Positions 28,245 through 37,900 of a DNA stretch of 43,605 bases are shown here, in pieces. Position 1 is the stretch's first letter. The number at the start of each line of letters is the position of its first letter. Where the stretch lies: contig DASSPO010000132.1 in NCBI GenBank assembly GCA_035699585.1, positions 1 through 43,605 of the forward strand, given 5' to 3'. Under the pieces are notes generated by a model. That model saw nothing but the letters and a program-made list of their open reading frames with translations, was not told the origin of the DNA and did no database searches. The DNA is from Bauldia sp. (GTDB lineage Bacteria > Pseudomonadota > Alphaproteobacteria > Rhizobiales > Kaistiaceae). The translations under genes were made by a program, and so were the position numbers.

Positions 28245-28398
28245 CCTTGTCGTCCTCGCATGGCCGAGCCGGGCGCGGCGGAGCGCGAAACGATGCACCG
28301 GAGACACGGGAACCCGTCCCACCGGGGCGGCGGAAACAACGTGGTCGGGGATCAGCTCCGCATCACTTCGTGCTGCGATGAACTCCGGGACGACAAGG
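28245..28398. repeat. 154-bp element bounded by perfect 11-bp inverted repeats (degenerate MITE/REP-like)
   Basis: CCTTGTCGTCC (28245-28255) and GGACGACAAGG (28388-28398). Internal GCGAAACGATGCACCG and CGCATCACTTCGTGCTGCG resemble rhizobial intergenic palindromic repeats. Confidence 0.55.
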
Positions 28399-28408
28399 TG
28401 ATCTGAGC

Positions 28409-29119
28409 ATGCCATCCGCCGACGACCTCGACCTCAACGCGCTTGCCGACGACGAACTCGTCGCGCAGATGCACGACGACCTCTATGACGGCCTCGCGCC
28501 CGAGATCGAGGAGGGCGTCGGCATCCTGCTCCGGCGCGGCTGGACGCCCTATGACGTGCTGACCAGATCCCTGGTCGAGGGCATGCGCATCGTTGGCGAC
28601 GACTTCCGCGATGGCATCCTATTCGTGCCCGAGGTGCTGCTTGCGGCCAACGCCATGAAGGCGGGGATGGCGATCCTCCGGCCGCTCCTTGCCGAAACCG
28701 GCGCGCCGAAGATCGGCAAGATGGTGATCGGCACGGTCAAGGGCGATATCCACGACATCGGCAAGAACCTCGTCTGCATGATGATGGAGGGTGCCGGGTT
28801 CGAGGTCGTCGACCTCGGCGTCAACAACGCGGTCGAGAAATATCTCGCGGCGATCGACGAGCACCGGCCCGACATCATCGGCATGTCGGCACTGCTGACC
28901 ACGACCATGCCCTATATGAAGGTCGTGATCGATACGCTCAAAGAGAAGGGCATCCGCAGCGACTATATCGTGCTCGTGGGCGGCGCGCCGGTGAACGAGG
29001 CATTCGCCCAGTCGGTGGGAGCGGATGCCTATTGCCGCGACGCGGCGATCGCGGTGGAAACCGCCAAGGCGCTGATGGCCCGCCGCCAGGGCTCGGCACA
29101 GGAGCGCGGACTGGCGTGA
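28409..29119 (+). CDS. Corrinoid (cobalamin-binding) protein, MtgC/MttC-like
   Basis: Cap domain GMRIVG..F..G.LFVPEVL plus GDIHDIGKN (DxHxxG), MSALLTTT and VGGAP. Confidence 0.95.
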   Translation: MPSADDLDLNALADDELVAQMHDDLYDGLAPEIEEGVGILLRRGWTPYDVLTRSLVEGMRIVGDDFRDGILFVPEVLLAANAMKAGMAILRPLLAETGAPKIGKMVIGTVKGDIHDIGKNLVCMMMEGAGFEVVDLGVNNAVEKYLAAIDEHRPDIIGMSALLTTTMPYMKVVIDTLKEKGIRSDYIVLVGGAPVNEAFAQSVGADAYCRDAAIAVETAKALMARRQGSAQERGLA

Positions 29120-29736
29120 ACGCGACCGACAGAACCGCGAATGCCGAGCCGCCGGGGCTGATTGTCATCGCCTGCGGGGCGCTGGCGCGCGAGCTTCGCG
29201 CCATCGTCGAAACCAACCGCCTCGACCGGGTGAGGATCGCCTGCCTGCCGGCAAAGCTCCACAACCGGCCGCAGCTCATCCCCGACGCGGTACGGCGGAA
29301 GATCAAGGCGCTCCGCCCGCTCGGCGCGCCGATCTTCTGCGCCTATGGCGACTGCGGCACCGGCGGCGCTCTCGACACGGTGCTTGCCGAGGAGGGAGTC
29401 GAGCGGCTGCCGGGGGCGCACTGCTATGCCTTCTACGCCGGCCTCGATGCATTCGAGGCGCTGCATGACGAGGAGCCCGGCACCTTCTACCTCACCGACT
29501 TTCTGGTCAGGCACTTCCGGCGGCTGCTCGTCGAGGGCCTCGGCCTCGATCGGCACCCGGAGCTGTTCGACGACTATTTCCGCCACTATCGCCGCGTCGT
29601 GTGGCTCGCGCAGGCGCCGACCCCGGCACTCGCCGGAGGGGCCGAAGCGGCGGCCCGCTTCCTTCGCCTGCCGCTCGAGGTCCGGGAGACGGGGTTCGGC
29701 CTGCTCGAGACCGAAGTCGTGCGGCGGGTTGCCTGA
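29116..29736 (+). CDS. DUF1638-like protein
   Basis: [46 protein letters not shown]; GTGA overlap. Confidence 0.8.
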   Translation: MNATDRTANAEPPGLIVIACGALARELRAIVETNRLDRVRIACLPAKLHNRPQLIPDAVRRKIKALRPLGAPIFCAYGDCGTGGALDTVLAEEGVERLPGAHCYAFYAGLDAFEALHDEEPGTFYLTDFLVRHFRRLLVEGLGLDRHPELFDDYFRHYRRVVWLAQAPTPALAGGAEAAARFLRLPLEVRETGFGLLETEVVRRVA

Positions 29737-29738
29737 CG

Positions 29739-30044
29739 ATGGCGACGCTCACCATCCTCTACTGGCGCGACATCCCCACCCAGGTGGTTGCCCGCGCCGG
29801 ACGGGCCAGCGCCAAGGCCGAACTGCCCAAACGCTTCATGGAGGCGGTGGACTCGGCGGCGATGCGGGCCGGCCTGTTCAATTCCGACGACTACCTGGCC
29901 CACTGGCGGCGCGGCGAGCCGACACCCTGCGGCGACGATCTCGACAAGGCGGTCGCCGATGCGGTCGCGTCCCTCGACGCCGCCTATGACGCCGAGCGGC
30001 TCCGCCGGCTGATCGAGGCGGGGGGAACCGGGCAGGGATCATGA
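29739..30044 (+). CDS. Small conserved protein of the family annotated as virulence factor (YWRDIP motif)
   Basis: ILYWRDIPTQV...LPKRFMEAVDSAAM...DDYLAHWRR; 101 aa. Confidence 0.8.
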   Translation: MATLTILYWRDIPTQVVARAGRASAKAELPKRFMEAVDSAAMRAGLFNSDDYLAHWRRGEPTPCGDDLDKAVADAVASLDAAYDAERLRRLIEAGGTGQGS

Positions 30045-30104
30045 CCGCAATCGCCCCGGTGCCGCCGCGCAAGCGGGAATCCAACACTCTTCGAGGGACG
30101 GGCG

Positions 30105-32105
30105 ATGCCTGACCGCCTCGTCGTTTTCACGCCCTCCGGCAAGCGCGGGCACTTCCCCGACGGCACGACGCTGCTCGAAGCCGCGCGAAAGCTCGGTGCG
30201 GACCTCGACTCTGTCTGCGGCGGTCGCGGCATCTGCGGGCGATGCCAGGTCGAAGTCGCCGAGGGCCAATTCCCCAAGCACGGCATCGAGTCGCGCGCCG
30301 GGAACGTGAGCGGCTGGAACCGGGTCGAACAGCGTTATGCCGACATCCGCGGGGTGCTCAAGGCGGGCCGGCGGCTCGGCTGCCAGGCGCACCTTCACGG
30401 CGATGTGGTGGTCGACATCCCCGCCGAGAGCCAGGTGCACCGGCAAGTGGTGCGGAAGGACGCCGACAGCCGGCCGATCTCGCTCGACCCGGTGGTCACG
30501 CTTCACTACGTGGAGGTCGCCGAGCCCGACATGCACGACCCGGCGAGCGACTTCCGCCGCCTCGGCGACGCGCTCCGCAAGGAGTGGGGAATCGCCGACC
30601 CCCGCGCCGGCAATCCCGTCCTCGCCACGCTGCAAGAGACGCTCCGCGCCGGGGGATGGAAGGTCACCGCGGCGCTCCGAGAGGGCAGCGATATCGTCGG
30701 CCTGTGGCCGGGCCTCGTCGACCGCGTCTACGGCGTCGCCGTCGACATCGGCTCGACCACGGTGGCGGCGCATCTCGCCGACCTCACCACCGGCGAGACG
30801 CTCGCCTCGGCCGGAATCATGAACCCGCAGATCCGTTTCGGCGAAGACCTGATGAGCCGCGTCTCCTACGCAATGCTCAATCCGGGCGGGGACCGGGAGA
30901 TGACCGCGGCGATCCGCGCGGCAGTCGCGGGGCTGGTCGCGGAAGTGGCGGCCGAGGCCAAGGTCGATCCCGGGCTGATCGTCGAGATGACGGCCGTCGG
31001 CAACCCGATCATGCACCATCTCTACCTCGGCTTCGATCCGGTTGAGCTCGGCGGCGCGCCCTTCGCCCTCACCGTGGATCAGCCTCTGGACACGCCCGCC
31101 CGCGACCTCGGCCTCGCCATCGCGCCCGGCGCGGTCGTCCATACGCTGCCGCTCATCGCCGGCCATGTCGGCGCCGACGCCGCCGGCATGATCCTCGCCG
31201 AGGCGCCCTACAACGACGACGAGATCACTCTCCTCGTCGATGTCGGCACCAATGCGGAGATCGTGCTCGGCAACCGCAGCCGGCTGCTCGCCTGCTCATC
31301 GCCGACGGGCCCGGCCTTCGAGGGCGCGCAGATCTCGTCCGGACAGCGGGCGGCGCCCGGCGCGATCGAACGGCTCCGCATCGATCCCGCGACGCTGGAG
31401 CCGCGCTACCGCGTGATCGGCTGCGAACTCTGGTCGGACGAGCCCGGCTTCGATGCCGCGGTCGCGGCGACCGGCGTCACCGGCATCTGCGGCTCGGGCA
31501 TCATCGAGGCGGTGGCGGAGCTGTTTCTCGCGGGCATCGTCACCGCCGACGGCGTGATCGACGGCGCGACCCGGGCACGGACGCCGCGCGTCGTCTCCGA
31601 GGGCCGAACCTTCACCTATGTCATCCGGGACGGGGCGCCGCGGATCGCGATCACGCAAGGCGACATCCGCGCCATCCAGCTCGCCAAGGCGGCTCTCTAT
31701 GCCGGCATCCGGCTGCTCATGGACCACTACCCCGTGAGCCGGGTCGACCGCATCGTGCTTGCCGGCGCTTTCGGCAGCCACATCGACGTGAAATACGCAA
31801 TGGCGCTCGGGTTGATTCCGGACTGCCCGCTCGGCCACGTCCGCTCCGCCGGCAACGCGGCGGGAACCGGCGCGCGAATCGCGCTCCTCAATGCGGCGTC
31901 GCGCCGGGAGATCGCCGGGATAGCGCGGCACATCGTCAAGATCGAGACGGCGCTCGAGCCGCGCTTCCAGGAGCACTTCGTCGCCGCCATGGCCATCCCG
32001 CACCGGACCGACGCCTTCCCCAATCTGGCGGCGGTCGTGACGCTGCCGGCGCGAGCGGAGCCGGTGCCGGAGCGGCGGAGACGAAGGGGAGGCGGGAATG
32101 GGTGA
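30105..32105 (+). CDS. ASKHA-domain ATP-dependent corrinoid reductive activator (RamA/RACE type) with N-terminal 2Fe-2S domain
   Basis: CGGRGICGRC...RLGC, VDIGSTT, GHVGAD, DVGTNAEI, GPAFEG, GICGSG, LAGAFG. Confidence 0.93.
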   Translation: MPDRLVVFTPSGKRGHFPDGTTLLEAARKLGADLDSVCGGRGICGRCQVEVAEGQFPKHGIESRAGNVSGWNRVEQRYADIRGVLKAGRRLGCQAHLHGDVVVDIPAESQVHRQVVRKDADSRPISLDPVVTLHYVEVAEPDMHDPASDFRRLGDALRKEWGIADPRAGNPVLATLQETLRAGGWKVTAALREGSDIVGLWPGLVDRVYGVAVDIGSTTVAAHLADLTTGETLASAGIMNPQIRFGEDLMSRVSYAMLNPGGDREMTAAIRAAVAGLVAEVAAEAKVDPGLIVEMTAVGNPIMHHLYLGFDPVELGGAPFALTVDQPLDTPARDLGLAIAPGAVVHTLPLIAGHVGADAAGMILAEAPYNDDEITLLVDVGTNAEIVLGNRSRLLACSSPTGPAFEGAQISSGQRAAPGAIERLRIDPATLEPRYRVIGCELWSDEPGFDAAVAATGVTGICGSGIIEAVAELFLAGIVTADGVIDGATRARTPRVVSEGRTFTYVIRDGAPRIAITQGDIRAIQLAKAALYAGIRLLMDHYPVSRVDRIVLAGAFGSHIDVKYAMALGLIPDCPLGHVRSAGNAAGTGARIALLNAASRREIAGIARHIVKIETALEPRFQEHFVAAMAIPHRTDAFPNLAAVVTLPARAEPVPERRRRRGGGNG

Positions 32106-32344
32106 AAGTCCGGATATCGGCCGCGGGGCTGAAACCCGACACCGTTCAGCTTGTCAAATTCTACGCCGCCTTCGGTACCGTCGAGGTCCGGGTGATCATC
32201 GCCGCGACCCTCCAGACCCGCATCCACCGCGACCCGACGCCGACCGGCTACCGCACCATCGTCGACCTTCCGCCGACAGAGCGGCTGGAGCCGCTCCTCG
32301 TGCCGTCGCTCGCCGTGACGCCGTCGGAACCCGAACTCCACTGA
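32102..32344 (+). CDS. Hypothetical protein (80 aa)
   Basis: GTGA overlap with the activator stop; GC3-biased codons; no recognisable motif. Confidence 0.6.
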   Translation: MKVRISAAGLKPDTVQLVKFYAAFGTVEVRVIIAATLQTRIHRDPTPTGYRTIVDLPPTERLEPLLVPSLAVTPSEPELH

Positions 32345-32359
32345 CGTTCAACCATGCAC

Positions 32360-32385
32360 GGCGGAATAGGCTTCGCTATTCCGCC
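32360..32385. repeat. REP-like hairpin
   Basis: Perfect 10-bp stem GGCGGAATAG / CTATTCCGCC with loop GCTTCG; resembles GTAG-family REPs with a degenerate foot. Confidence 0.55.
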
Positions 32386-32405
32386 CCAGACGGGCCGTAG
32401 CCACC

Positions 32406-34907
32406 ATGCGCTCCTCGCTTGAATCGCTCCTCGCCTCGCGTCCCGTTCTCCTCGCCGACGGGGCGACCGGCACCAACCTGTTCAATATGGGCCTCACCTC
32501 CGGCGACTCCCCGGAGCTATGGAACGAGACCCATGCCGACCGCATCCGCGCGCTGCACCAGAGCTTCGTCGATGCCGGAGCCGACATCATTCTCACCAAC
32601 TCTTTCGGCGCCAACCGCAGGCGGCTGGCGCTGCACGGCCTCGAGGGCCGTGTCCGCGAACTCAACCGGCTCGCGGCGCAGAACGCCCGCGCCGTCGCCG
32701 ACGCCGCGCGCCGGCCGGTCGTGGTCGGCGGCTCGGTCGGACCGACCGGCGATCTCCTCGCGCCGCTTGGCCCGCTCACCGAGGATGAGGCGGTCGAGGT
32801 CTTCATCGAGCAGATCGAGGGCCTCAAGGAGGGCGGCGCCGATGTGATCTGGATCGAGACGATGTCGGCGCTCGAGGAGATCCGCGCCGCGGCGAAGGCC
32901 GCGGCCAAGGCTGGTATGCCCTTCACCACCACGGCGAGCTTCGACACCGCCGGCAAGACCATGATGGGTGTGGCCCCGGCCGCCCTCGCCGAGTTCGCCG
33001 CCGCGCTTCCCGGCGGGCCGATCGCGGTCGGCGGCAACTGCGGGGTCGGGGCCTCCGACCTCCTCGTCTCGGTGCTCGGCATGACCGCGGCGCGGCCCGA
33101 CGCGATCATCATCGCCAAGGCCAATTGCGGCGTCCCGGTGGTGGACGGCGCGCATGTCCACTATTCCGGCACGCCGGCGCTCATGGCCGACTACGTTCGC
33201 CTCGCCGTCGACGCCGGCGCCCGCATCATCGGCGGATGCTGCGGCACCTCGCCCGAGCATCTTGCCGCGATGCGCGCCGCGCTCGACACGCATCAGAAGA
33301 GCGCCCGGCCGACGATCGAGGATATCGTGGCGCGGGTCGGGCCGCTGGTCGCGCCGCCGCCGGATGACGCCAAGGGATCGCGCCGCGACGGAGGCCGCCG
33401 CGGCCGGGAGGCGCGCCGCGCCGCCCGGCTTCAGAGCCGCGCCGCGGCGACGCCCTACATCGTGCGGAAGCTGCCGCTCACCAACGTCCTCGACGAGGAA
33501 GGCCTGGCGGTCATCGAGCGCAATGCCGAGACGATCCTGGAGGAGATCGGCATCGAGTTCCGCGAACACCCCCGCTCTCTCGCGCTTCTGCGGGAGGCCG
33601 GCGCGGACGTGCAGGGTACCCGCGTCCGCTTCCCGCGCGGGCTGGCGCGGAGCCTCTGCGCGAGCTGCCCGTCCGAGTTTGTCCAGCATGCCCGCAACCC
33701 CGAACGGAACGTGCCGATCGGCGGCATGAACACCGTGTTCGCCCCGGTCTACGGCTCGCCCTTCGTCCACGACCTCGACCGCGGCCGCCGCTACGGCACG
33801 ATCGAGGACTTTCGCAATTTCGTGAAGCTCGCCTATGCCAGCCCCTACATCCACCATTCCGGCGGCACTGTCTGCGAGCCGGTGGATCTCCCGGTCAACA
33901 AGCGTCACCTCGAGATGGTCTATGCGCACATGCGCTGGTCGGACAAGGCCTATATGGGCTCGGTGACCCATCCGCTCCGTGCCGCCGATACGGTGGCCAT
34001 GTCGCGCATCCTGTTCGGCGAGAAGTTCCTCGACGACCATGTCGTGGTGATGAGCCTGATCAACGCCAACTCGCCGCTGGTCTGGGACGCCACCATGCTC
34101 GGCGCGGCGGAGACCTATGCCGAAGCCAACCAGGCGGTGATCATCACGCCCTTCATCCTCTCCGGCGCGATGAGCCCGGTGACGGTGGCCGGCACGCTCG
34201 CCCAGGTGCTCGCCGAGGTGCTCGCCGGGACGGCCTTCGTCCAGCTCGTCAGGCGCGGGGCGCCGGTGGTGTTCGGCACGTTCGTGTCGACCTTGTCGAT
34301 GCAGTCGGGCGCGCCGACCTTCGGCACGCCGGAAGCCGCGCTCGCGATCTACGGCGCCGGGCAACTCGCGCGTCGCATGAACATGCCCTTCCGCACCGGC
34401 GGGTCGCTCTGCGCTTCCAAGATACCCGACGCCCAAGCCGCCTACGAAAGCGCCCAGACGCTGGTACCGACGATCCACGCCGGGGCCAATTTCGTGCTCC
34501 ACGCAGCGGGCTGGATGGAGGGCGGCCTTGCCTCGTCCTACGAGAAGTTCGTCATGGACACCGATCAACTCGGCATGATGCAGGTGCTGGCCAAGGGCAT
34601 AGACCTTTCCGAGAACGGCCAGGCGATGGAAGCTTTCCGCCAGGTCGGGCCCGGCGGGCACTTCCTCGGCTGCGAGCACACCCAGGCGAATTTCGAGAAG
34701 GCGTTCTACCGCTCCTTCGTTGCCGACAACAATTCGGTCGAGCAATGGGAAGCGGAAGGCCGGCTTGACGAGGCGCAGCGCGCCAATGCGATCTGGAAGA
34801 AGATGCTTGCCGAATACGAGCCGCCGCCGATCGATCCCGGTATCGACGAGGCGCTCCGCGACTTCATCGAGCGGAAGAAGGCCTCGATGCCCGACGCGAC
34901 GCACTGA
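32406..34907 (+). CDS. In-frame fusion of a homocysteine S-methyltransferase (Bmt/MetH Hcy-binding domain) and a non-pyrrolysine trimethylamine-methyltransferase family protein (MttB/MtgB-like)
   Basis: Residues ~1-320: LADGATGT, GADIILTNSFG, IETMS, GGNCG, IGGCCGT (Zn ligands). Residues ~320-833: ILEEIGIEF, SGAMSPVT, SGAPTFGTPE, SKIPDAQAAYES, HAAGWMEGG, VGPGGHFLG. No stop or amber codon inside. Confidence 0.92.
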   Translation: MRSSLESLLASRPVLLADGATGTNLFNMGLTSGDSPELWNETHADRIRALHQSFVDAGADIILTNSFGANRRRLALHGLEGRVRELNRLAAQNARAVADAARRPVVVGGSVGPTGDLLAPLGPLTEDEAVEVFIEQIEGLKEGGADVIWIETMSALEEIRAAAKAAAKAGMPFTTTASFDTAGKTMMGVAPAALAEFAAALPGGPIAVGGNCGVGASDLLVSVLGMTAARPDAIIIAKANCGVPVVDGAHVHYSGTPALMADYVRLAVDAGARIIGGCCGTSPEHLAAMRAALDTHQKSARPTIEDIVARVGPLVAPPPDDAKGSRRDGGRRGREARRAARLQSRAAATPYIVRKLPLTNVLDEEGLAVIERNAETILEEIGIEFREHPRSLALLREAGADVQGTRVRFPRGLARSLCASCPSEFVQHARNPERNVPIGGMNTVFAPVYGSPFVHDLDRGRRYGTIEDFRNFVKLAYASPYIHHSGGTVCEPVDLPVNKRHLEMVYAHMRWSDKAYMGSVTHPLRAADTVAMSRILFGEKFLDDHVVVMSLINANSPLVWDATMLGAAETYAEANQAVIITPFILSGAMSPVTVAGTLAQVLAEVLAGTAFVQLVRRGAPVVFGTFVSTLSMQSGAPTFGTPEAALAIYGAGQLARRMNMPFRTGGSLCASKIPDAQAAYESAQTLVPTIHAGANFVLHAAGWMEGGLASSYEKFVMDTDQLGMMQVLAKGIDLSENGQAMEAFRQVGPGGHFLGCEHTQANFEKAFYRSFVADNNSVEQWEAEGRLDEAQRANAIWKKMLAEYEPPPIDPGIDEALRDFIERKKASMPDATH

Positions 34908-34948
34908 GCCGGCCGACCGCGGCGGTGCCCGGCCAGGGCGGTCGCGGC

Positions 34949-37900
34949 CTATATGGCGGTTTCGGTAACGTCCTTCGCCCGAGTCTGCGCAGCCTCGGCG
35001 CGCTGCCTCCGGACCGAGGCGAGCAGGCCGTCCTTGTAGGTGGCGCGGTCGCGAACGAGCTGGGAGATGGCGGCGTGGATCATTCTTGCCCGCTCGTCGA
35101 AGCTATGCCTGGCCCGGGTCTCCGCGCCGAGTTCGGCGGCGAGGCGGTCGCGATCGGGGTCGCGGAGCAGCCTATTCAGCGCGGAGGCAAACCCCGCCCG
35201 ATCGGCGAAGGTCGGGACGCGACCCTCGAACAACGCGGCGAGGCCGGGATTGGCATCGGAGAGGACGATCGTGTTGCAGGCGAGCACATCGAAGATGCGG
35301 TTGTTGACCAGGCCGTCCCGCCGCTGATCGTCCCAGTGATCGTTGAGCACGACCGTGGCGCGGCGATAGACGTCGGCGACTTCGCTGTTGGTCAGGCTCT
35401 GGCCGCGAATGTGGCGGCGATCGACGAACGACTCCCAAAGCGTCCCCCAGATCGCAACGTCGAACCCCTCGTCGACGGCCAGACGCACGGCCTCGCGATA
35501 GACCTTGCGCGAATTTCCGACGAAGACGACGCCAAGATCCCGGGGAACCCGGTCGTCGGGATGGAAAACGCGCGTGTCAGTGCACTGAAGCAAGGTCTCC
35601 GCCCTGACCTCGGGCGCGAGCTGCCGCACACGGTCCGCGATCGGGTCGGAGGCGCAGAAGACGTGGTCGAAGCCGTAGAGAAAGTCCGGGTCGATCAGGT
35701 CCGGATGGCTGATGATCCAAAGCAGGTTGAGGTGGCGGGGGTCCGGCTCGTATTTCCTGATGCCGAGCAGGTGAATGACGATGTCGGTCGAACGACTGTT
35801 CGCGTCGTACCACTCCTCGAGCTTGTCGACGCGTACCCGGTAACCCATCGTCTCCAGCGACGCCTTGAGACCGTGGGCGAAATGCGTGTCGCCCCAGACA
35901 TTCTCGTCCTCGCCGACCGGTGTGCAGACCTTGATCGCGACATGCAGCGGCCGCGCGGCGCCTGAGGACACCTCTCCGTAGCGGCCGACAACGCCGCGGA
36001 CATGACCGGCATAAAGCCCAAGGGCCCGCGCGCGACGGGTGTAGTCGGCGGCAGTGCCCTCCGGGGTCTCCCGGTACGGGCCGATCTTCCGGAAGGCCGA
36101 GGCCGTGCTGAACATCACCCAGTCGCCGACGACCGATGGGCGAAACAGCGAGACGCCCCCGGGAAAGGAGTCGACCGGGCCGCGCTCGCGGATGCCGGAG
36201 CTCTCCGGCGTGAGATTGGTCGACAGCCAGCCGAGATCGGGTATCGCCTTGACGGCGGCAATCATGCGGATGTCCCAACGATCCGGCATCTCATAGCCGG
36301 CATCGACTCCACACACGAAACGCTCGGCAATGATGCCGGAGAGGTAGTTGCGTGCTTCCGCTGCGACGACGGGTCGGCTCGACTCGACCACGAGCAGATT
36401 GTCGTGGGAGAGGCCACGGAGATAGGCACGGATCGCCTCATCCCCGGGGTTGATCCAGACACAGATCTCGAAGGGCACGGTCGTCGTCCGGTAGATCGAT
36501 TCGATGGTGGCCCTGACCGTGTCGCTCGGGCCGGATGCGACCATCGCGATCGACAGCTTGTCGCGGCAAACGCCGAGCTCCAGGTCACCCAGCGCGCGCT
36601 CCGCCCGGGCGCGAAGGAAAGGCGACCGCGTGGTGAAGTACGTGGTCACATGACGGCGGGCAGCAGTGCCGACCCGCGACCGGAGCGAGGGGTCGTCATG
36701 GAGCTTCTGGAGAACCTCGAACCAGCTTTCCGCATCACCGCAAACAAAGCCGGTCTCTTGGTGAACGACTGTTGCGGCGAGCTCGCCCACCGGCGAAACC
36801 ACGGAGGGGACGCCGACAGCGGCGGCCTCGAGGAAGCGGATGTGGCTCTTGTACCGGTTGAAGGTACAGTCGGCGAGCGGAACGATCTGAACGGAGGACT
36901 GCGCCAGGGCTTCCGGCAGCTTTCGCCAATGTACGGCACGACGGCGGACGATGCGGCTCCCGAATTCCTGCTTCAGGGACTTCGGGACGTCGAGATGGCC
37001 GATGCAGTGCAACTCGGCCCGCGGATTGGCGCGGAGGAACCGGGCCAGCGCCGGCAGGACGACTTCGAGGTCCTGCTCGTGGGTCTTGGAGCCCGACGCG
37101 TAGCCGATGATGAAGGGATCATCCGCGGCGTGGCGCGGTCCGATCGCGGCAGCTTCCGAAGCGACGACGATCTCGCGGTTGAGGCAATTGGTGATGACAT
37201 GGGCCGGACGGCGGAAGCGCCGCTCGACCTTGTCACGAAGCCGCGTCGTCGACACGAGGAAATGATCGGCGAGCGCCATGCAGCGGGCGTATTGCGCCGG
37301 GGGGACATCCAGCCCGTCGAGACGCCAGTCCTCGAGCTCATTCGGGTCGAAGACCTGATCGTCGATGTCGTAGACGATGAGCGCCGGCGACTCCCGGAGC
37401 CGGAGAAGAAAAGTCTCCGTCTCCTTGTTGAAGGGCAGGCGCTGCAGGATGACGATGCCGCCGTCCTGCAATTGCGCGAAGAAGCCGGGCGGAGGCGCCC
37501 GGAAATCGATCACCGCGACGGCGGTGTCGGCGAGAAGCTCGGCCAGGTGATAGGCGCGGTAGCGCGTCGTGTTCCGCTCGGCGAGATAGGCGGGAACGAG
37601 GTAGACCGGTCGACGGCGGCTCACCTCCGACGTCATCGTCAGCGTCGGAACATCGCGCGCGTCCCAATCCTCGGGATCGGCGGTGGCCTTCCGCCCCTCG
37701 GCCCGGCCGACGCCGAGAAAATGGACCAGCGGATTGACGCCGGCGGCCACGACGTCGGGATTGCTGTCGAGATAGAACCCGGTGTCGAAGGCGCGCGAGG
37801 GGTTCTTTCGCTGCCGCGCGCCCTCCCGCAGGTAGTGGGAGATCGGGTCGGTCTTCTTGCCGGCGAGATTGGGGCTTTGCCTGAGGTAGAAGGCGGCGTC

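Noticed and set aside
25703-28339. 878-aa antisense ORF, and similar long shadows at 7404-9284, 18399-20342, 32517-34904, 36002-38164 and 38061-40382
   Set aside because: They mirror well-supported genes on the opposite strand, an expected result of high GC3, and contain no motifs.
28241-28408. Cobalamin or SAM riboswitch upstream of the corrinoid gene
   Set aside because: No B12-box (GCCACTG...GGGAAG) or SAM-II consensus visible; the inverted-repeat element explains the region better. An Infernal scan would settle it.
33364-34907. Pyrrolysine-containing trimethylamine methyltransferase
   Set aside because: No in-frame TAG in the MttB-like domain and no pyl genes in the window.
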